This document shows, in pieces, positions 30,656 through 33,977 of a stretch of DNA of 33,977 nucleotides. The notes beneath the pieces are model-generated. The model made no database searches and had not been told where the DNA came from. It saw only the letters and a program-made list of their open reading frames with translations. Origin of the DNA: a virus. The stretch lies in the IMG/VR virus record IMGVR_UViG_3300025018_000080, positions 1-33,977 of that record; one strand, written 5' to 3'. Made by a program: the position numbers and the translations under genes. Positions within the stretch are counted from its first letter, which is position 1. Every line of letters starts with the position of its first letter.

Positions 30656-31292
30656 AAAAATACTGGTTATCACGATCACCTTTGACAGATTGGAAACCAC
30701 TAAACAATATTTAAAAGAATTGAAAGAAAAAGCAGGATACCCGTTTGAGCATATTGTGATTGATAATGGCTCGGAGGACGATACTGTTAAATGGCTCAAG
30801 GAGAATAATTATACTGTTATTGAGAATGGTGAGAACTTGGGAATTATCGGGGCTTGGGTTAAAGCATACAGATTTGCTCTTGAGAGTGGATTTAAGCCCG
30901 ATTATGTCTTGAAGTATGATAATGATTGCGAGATAGCCACAGAGGGCATTTTGGCTGAAATAATGAAGTTCTATGAGGAGAATGGCGATAAGTATATTAC
31001 TGCCCCGTTGGATTTGGAGATATTGCCCGACTATATACCGCACATAGTTGACAAAAGGGATAAACTGGGGTCTTTCTCGGTTAGGATATGCACACATACA
31101 GGAGGAATGTTTACGGTTATACCAGTTGAGGCCTTTGATTTAATGGTTAAGCAAAACAATGGGCAAGGAGTTGCCAAAGATATTGAGAGGGGTGGATTTT
31201 GGCGAAAGAATGGCTATTTAAGTGTTTATTTAAAAGATTTAAAAACTTATCATAGAGGCCAAGGAAAAGGCAACGGAAAATATAAATTTTAA
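30645..31292 (+). CDS. family-2 glycosyltransferase
   Basis: KILVITITFDRLETTKQYLKEL...EHIVIDNGSEDDTVKWLKE...ENGENLGIIGAW is the canonical GT2 N-terminal region. Confidence 0.75.
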   Translation: MDYKKILVITITFDRLETTKQYLKELKEKAGYPFEHIVIDNGSEDDTVKWLKENNYTVIENGENLGIIGAWVKAYRFALESGFKPDYVLKYDNDCEIATEGILAEIMKFYEENGDKYITAPLDLEILPDYIPHIVDKRDKLGSFSVRICTHTGGMFTVIPVEAFDLMVKQNNGQGVAKDIERGGFWRKNGYLSVYLKDLKTYHRGQGKGNGKYKF

Positions 31293-31301
31293 TTTAAAAA
31301 T

Positions 31302-31889
31302 ATGATTACTAAAACAGAGTTCAAAAATTTTATAGATTTAACTTCTACCGCTTACGATAGTGCGATAGATTTGATTGTGGCAGGAGTTAATAAGTTTGTT
31401 GAGGGATATTGCCAAAACAAACTGCAAGCAGGAGAAGTCACGGAATACTTTAACGGGGACGATATTATTGAGGAGGGTGACCAGATATTTTTAACGAATA
31501 GGGTTAATCTTTCGGGGGTTGCTGTTTATTATAATTCGGGGACAGAGGCGAGCCCGTCTTGGGTCGCAGAGGATAGAGATAACTATGCCTTGCTTTCTAA
31601 TGAGGGAATAATCAAATTGAATTTTACCCGTGAAAATTTGGGCGTTCAATCGGGTTATAATAATTACAAGGTTGTTTATACCGCAGGATATACTTTATCG
31701 GGTGACTCGGCTGATGTGCCAAGTGATTTGAAATTGGCTTGCTTGAAGTTGGCGAGTGGAGTTTATAATAAAAGAAAATCCGAGGGCGAAAGCTCGGAGG
31801 GATTGGACGGGGCTAATGTTAACTTTGTTACTGCTTTGAGTGATGAAGTTAAGGCAATGCTTAGTCCGTATAAAAGTAAAAATTTATGA
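31302..31889 (+). CDS. head-tail connector (gp6-like) protein
   Basis: ITKTEFKNFIDLTSTAYDSAIDLIVAGVNKFVEGYC is typical of gp6-like connector proteins. It is the first gene of the connector block. Confidence 0.55.
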   Translation: MITKTEFKNFIDLTSTAYDSAIDLIVAGVNKFVEGYCQNKLQAGEVTEYFNGDDIIEEGDQIFLTNRVNLSGVAVYYNSGTEASPSWVAEDRDNYALLSNEGIIKLNFTRENLGVQSGYNNYKVVYTAGYTLSGDSADVPSDLKLACLKLASGVYNKRKSEGESSEGLDGANVNFVTALSDEVKAMLSPYKSKNL

Positions 31890-32191
31890 GGTTTATTTTT
31901 GATAAAACAATTACAGTTCATCGGCCTAACCTTTATGCTACTTCGGAGGAATATGGAGAAGTCGGGACGATCAAGGGAATTATAATGCCCGTAAAGGCGG
32001 AAGATGTAATGCTGACTGACGGTGACCCAGCAAAATCTTTTAAATTGTATTGCGATATAAATGAGGATTTGAAAGAGGCTGACAAAGTGGTTGACGAGGA
32101 CGGAGTGGTTTATATTGTTAAAATTATTCGCAAGTTTAATTTTAAAAGTTTAAGCAGAATTGAGGCGTTTATCAATAAGCCTAATAATTAG
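31886..32191 (+). CDS. head closure / head-tail adaptor protein
   Basis: 101-aa ORF, ATGA-coupled to the upstream gene. Called from its position in the connector block. Confidence 0.45.
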   Translation: MRFIFDKTITVHRPNLYATSEEYGEVGTIKGIIMPVKAEDVMLTDGDPAKSFKLYCDINEDLKEADKVVDEDGVVYIVKIIRKFNFKSLSRIEAFINKPNN

Positions 32192-32192
32192 T

Positions 32193-32645
32193 ATGGCTTA
32201 CACAATAAAGATTAACAATTTGGACAGAGTGGTTGAGGAGTTTAAGAAAGCCCCAAAAGTGATTAACGAAAGATTGCAGATTGGAGTTAAAAATGCAGGA
32301 AAGACTATTTTGAGCATTGAGAAACAAGAGGCCCCCGTTGGGACTGGAAATTTAAGGCGTAATATACAATTTAGTTATTCGCCAATTAGTTCTAAGGTGT
32401 GGCCAAGTTCGGGATATGCGGTATTTGTAAATGAGGGGACTGGATTATACGGACCAAGAAAAGATTACATCAGACCAAAGAGAGCAAAGGTGTTGGCATT
32501 TAAAAAAGGAGGCAAGATGATATTTGCTAAAAAAGTTGCAGGACAAAAGGCTAACCCGTTTGTTGAAAGGACAAGGGACAAGGCAGAGCCTAAACTAAAT
32601 AAAATCTTTGACGATATGCTCAAAGAGATAACACAAAAAATATGA
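32193..32645 (+). CDS. HK97 gp10-like tail-attachment/neck protein
   Basis: ATG 32193 is preferred over the track start. LDRVVEEFKKAPKVINERLQIGVKNAGKTILSIEKQEAPVGTGNLRRNI matches the gp10-family pattern. Confidence 0.55.
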   Translation: MAYTIKINNLDRVVEEFKKAPKVINERLQIGVKNAGKTILSIEKQEAPVGTGNLRRNIQFSYSPISSKVWPSSGYAVFVNEGTGLYGPRKDYIRPKRAKVLAFKKGGKMIFAKKVAGQKANPFVERTRDKAEPKLNKIFDDMLKEITQKI

Positions 32646-33052
32646 GGAATGATTTAATAACTGCGATCTACAATAAATTAGACGGAATTAGTGGGATTAA
32701 AGAAGTCTATAAATACAATAAGGGGCATTTTACTAAATACCCCGTGGCTGTAATACTCGGCTCGGAAAATGAAAAAGTGAGAGAGAGTGTTAAAACCATA
32801 ATGAAAACTTACAAATTTAAAGTTCAGATATTACAAGAGGTCAATGAGGAGGCAAGAGGACAGGAGGACGGAGAGAACATTTTAGTTGGGTTGTCGGATA
32901 CGATAGACAATGCTTTTGATGAGGACGATACCCTTGGAGGTGTTTGCGATGATGTGAGTGTTAGCTCTGCGTTTATTTGGGAGGATAGAGAGTTGTTGAT
33001 GAGAGTTTTAGAGATTACTATTGAATGTAGAAAATTAAAACAATTAACATAG
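32642..33052 (+). CDS. tail completion/terminator-like protein
   Basis: 136-aa ORF, the last gene of the connector block. Called from position only. Confidence 0.35.
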   Translation: MRNDLITAIYNKLDGISGIKEVYKYNKGHFTKYPVAVILGSENEKVRESVKTIMKTYKFKVQILQEVNEEARGQEDGENILVGLSDTIDNAFDEDDTLGGVCDDVSVSSAFIWEDRELLMRVLEITIECRKLKQLT

Positions 33053-33074
33053 TTCTTTAAAAAAGGAGGTCAAA

Positions 33075-33263
33075 ATGATTATAGGTGAGGGAATTTTGCG
33101 AGAGTGTTGTGGTTGCTTTATTCTTATGGGGTGTTACCACCCCGATGACAATGAACAAAGTGACTGCTCTACCTGTAAACACAAGGCTTGCCCAGACACA
33201 GATGAAAAATCCCACGGGATTTGCCAAGTTTGTTTTGAAAGGGCAAGAAGTAAAAAAAAGTAG
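33075..33263 (+). CDS. Cys-rich small protein (9 Cys in 62 aa), moron-like
   Basis: It is preceded by AAGGAGGT (33063-33070), the only canonical strong SD seen in the genome. Contains CCGC, CSTCKHKAC and HGICQVC clusters, and a GGGAGG/CCTCCC hairpin follows. Confidence 0.55.
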   Translation: MIIGEGILRECCGCFILMGCYHPDDNEQSDCSTCKHKACPDTDEKSHGICQVCFERARSKKK

Positions 33264-33269
33264 AAACTC

Positions 33270-33291
33270 GGGAGGGGTTTATACTCCTCCC
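33270..33291 (+). other. hairpin GGGAGG-N10-CCTCCC after the Cys-rich gene
   Basis: Perfect 6-bp GC-rich stem with no T-run downstream. Confidence 0.4.
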
Positions 33292-33316
33292 TAACTTAAA
33301 TAATAATAATAAATAT

Positions 33317-33502
33317 ATGGCTATTAAAAAATTTGAGGACAAGTCACTAAGTCCTGAAAAAAAGGTGACAGAGGGACGAAAAAATGCTATAATAGAAATA
33401 AAGAAACAAAAACAAAAATACTGCTACCCACAATATGGGGTGACGGTTGAGGCTAACAGCCAAGAGGAGGCTGATGAGAAAGTTAAAAAAATTATTAAAT
33501 AA
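33317..33502 (+). CDS. hypothetical small Lys-rich protein
   Basis: 61-aa ORF. Confidence 0.4.
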   Translation: MAIKKFEDKSLSPEKKVTEGRKNAIIEIKKQKQKYCYPQYGVTVEANSQEEADEKVKKIIK

Positions 33503-33513
33503 CTTACAAAAAT

Positions 33514-33977
33514 ATGAGTGAAATTTTAAAAAGAAAATTTAACATCGGGATTGGCAAAGAAAGTGTTAGAGGGACTAAGGTTGCCCCCGCTATTTGGTTA
33601 AAGCCTACAAGTGAGGATTTTAATGACCAAGCGGAGGTCGTGGCCACAGAGAGGTCAATGGGAATTATTGAGGATAGTGATGACCAAGTTGTTGTTAAAA
33701 AATTTGCCTCGGGTGTTATCGGAGGAGAAATTTTTGACAAGTCTTTTGGTTACTTCTTGCTTGGTGCTCTTGGCCAAGTGTCAAGTGCTGAAAGTGCTGA
33801 CTCGGGTGTTTACGATCATACATTTACAGTTTTACAATCTGCACAACACCCTACTCTTACTCTTGAAATTAAAAGAGGGGATATTGAGCAAAAGGCATAT
33901 CCTAATGCGGTGATTGAAAATTTAAAAATATCATCTGCTGTTAATCAATATGTGATGTTTGAGGCTGACATCAGAGC
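33514..33977 (+). CDS. major tail (tube) protein, 5' portion; runs off the window end and continues at base 128 after circularisation
   Basis: ATG 33514 (MSEILKRKFNIGIGKESVRGT...) has no stop before the window end and is in frame with 60..638 through the 127-bp repeat. It is absent from the ORF track because it is unterminated. Confidence 0.7.
   Translation, partial: MSEILKRKFNIGIGKESVRGTKVAPAIWLKPTSEDFNDQAEVVATERSMGIIEDSDDQVVVKKFASGVIGGEIFDKSFGYFLLGALGQVSSAESADSGVYDHTFTVLQSAQHPTLTLEIKRGDIEQKAYPNAVIENLKISSAVNQYVMFEADIR
33851..33977. repeat. terminal direct repeat copy 2 (identical to 1..127)
   Basis: See copy 1. Confidence 0.95.

Overview
The window is a complete, circularly closed tailed-phage genome. 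Bases 1-127 are identical to 33851-33977, so the unique length is 33,850 bp, and the major tail gene is split by the artificial breakpoint. The genome is AT-rich and every credible gene lies on the + strand. Gene order around the circle is as follows. (1) Major tail protein, G/GT tail chaperones with a -1 frameshift, tape measure, distal tail proteins and a glycine-rich fibre. (2) A repeat-rich non-coding island at 7045-7200. (3) A lysis cassette of four small membrane proteins plus a papain-like C1 peptidase. (4) A 304-bp non-coding hub at 9005-9308. (5) Early genes of unknown function, a LexA-N-like wHTH, a recombination module (annealing-protein candidate, PD-(D/E)XK exonuclease, SSB), HNH-like and RecU-like nucleases, a replisome organiser and a ParB-like protein. 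(6) A sugar module with a GT-A-like protein, a Zn-ribbon protein and a truncated nucleotide-sugar dehydrogenase. (7) TerS, TerL, a portal-MuF fusion, an HK97-type protease and an HK97-fold capsid protein. (8) A 2.6-kb glycosyltransferase / methyltransferase / glycosyltransferase cassette wedged between the capsid and head-tail connector genes. (9) Connector genes and a Cys-rich moron. I found no integrase, DNA polymerase, helicase, primase, tRNA or CRISPR array. The most interesting signals are listed here. First, a capsid-adjacent glycosylation system, about 4.1 kb of carbohydrate genes in total, including a small capsid-proximal domain that occurs both free and fused to a glycosyltransferase. 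Second, an origin-like island made of a perfect DnaA box, three 23-bp palindrome-bearing iterons and an AT-rich repeat. Third, a papain-family peptidase in the endolysin slot. Fourth, a conserved extended -10 promoter family with apparently leaderless genes. Fifth, near-total absence of Shine-Dalgarno sequences, with one striking exception. All functional calls rest on motifs and synteny read by eye. No database search was run.
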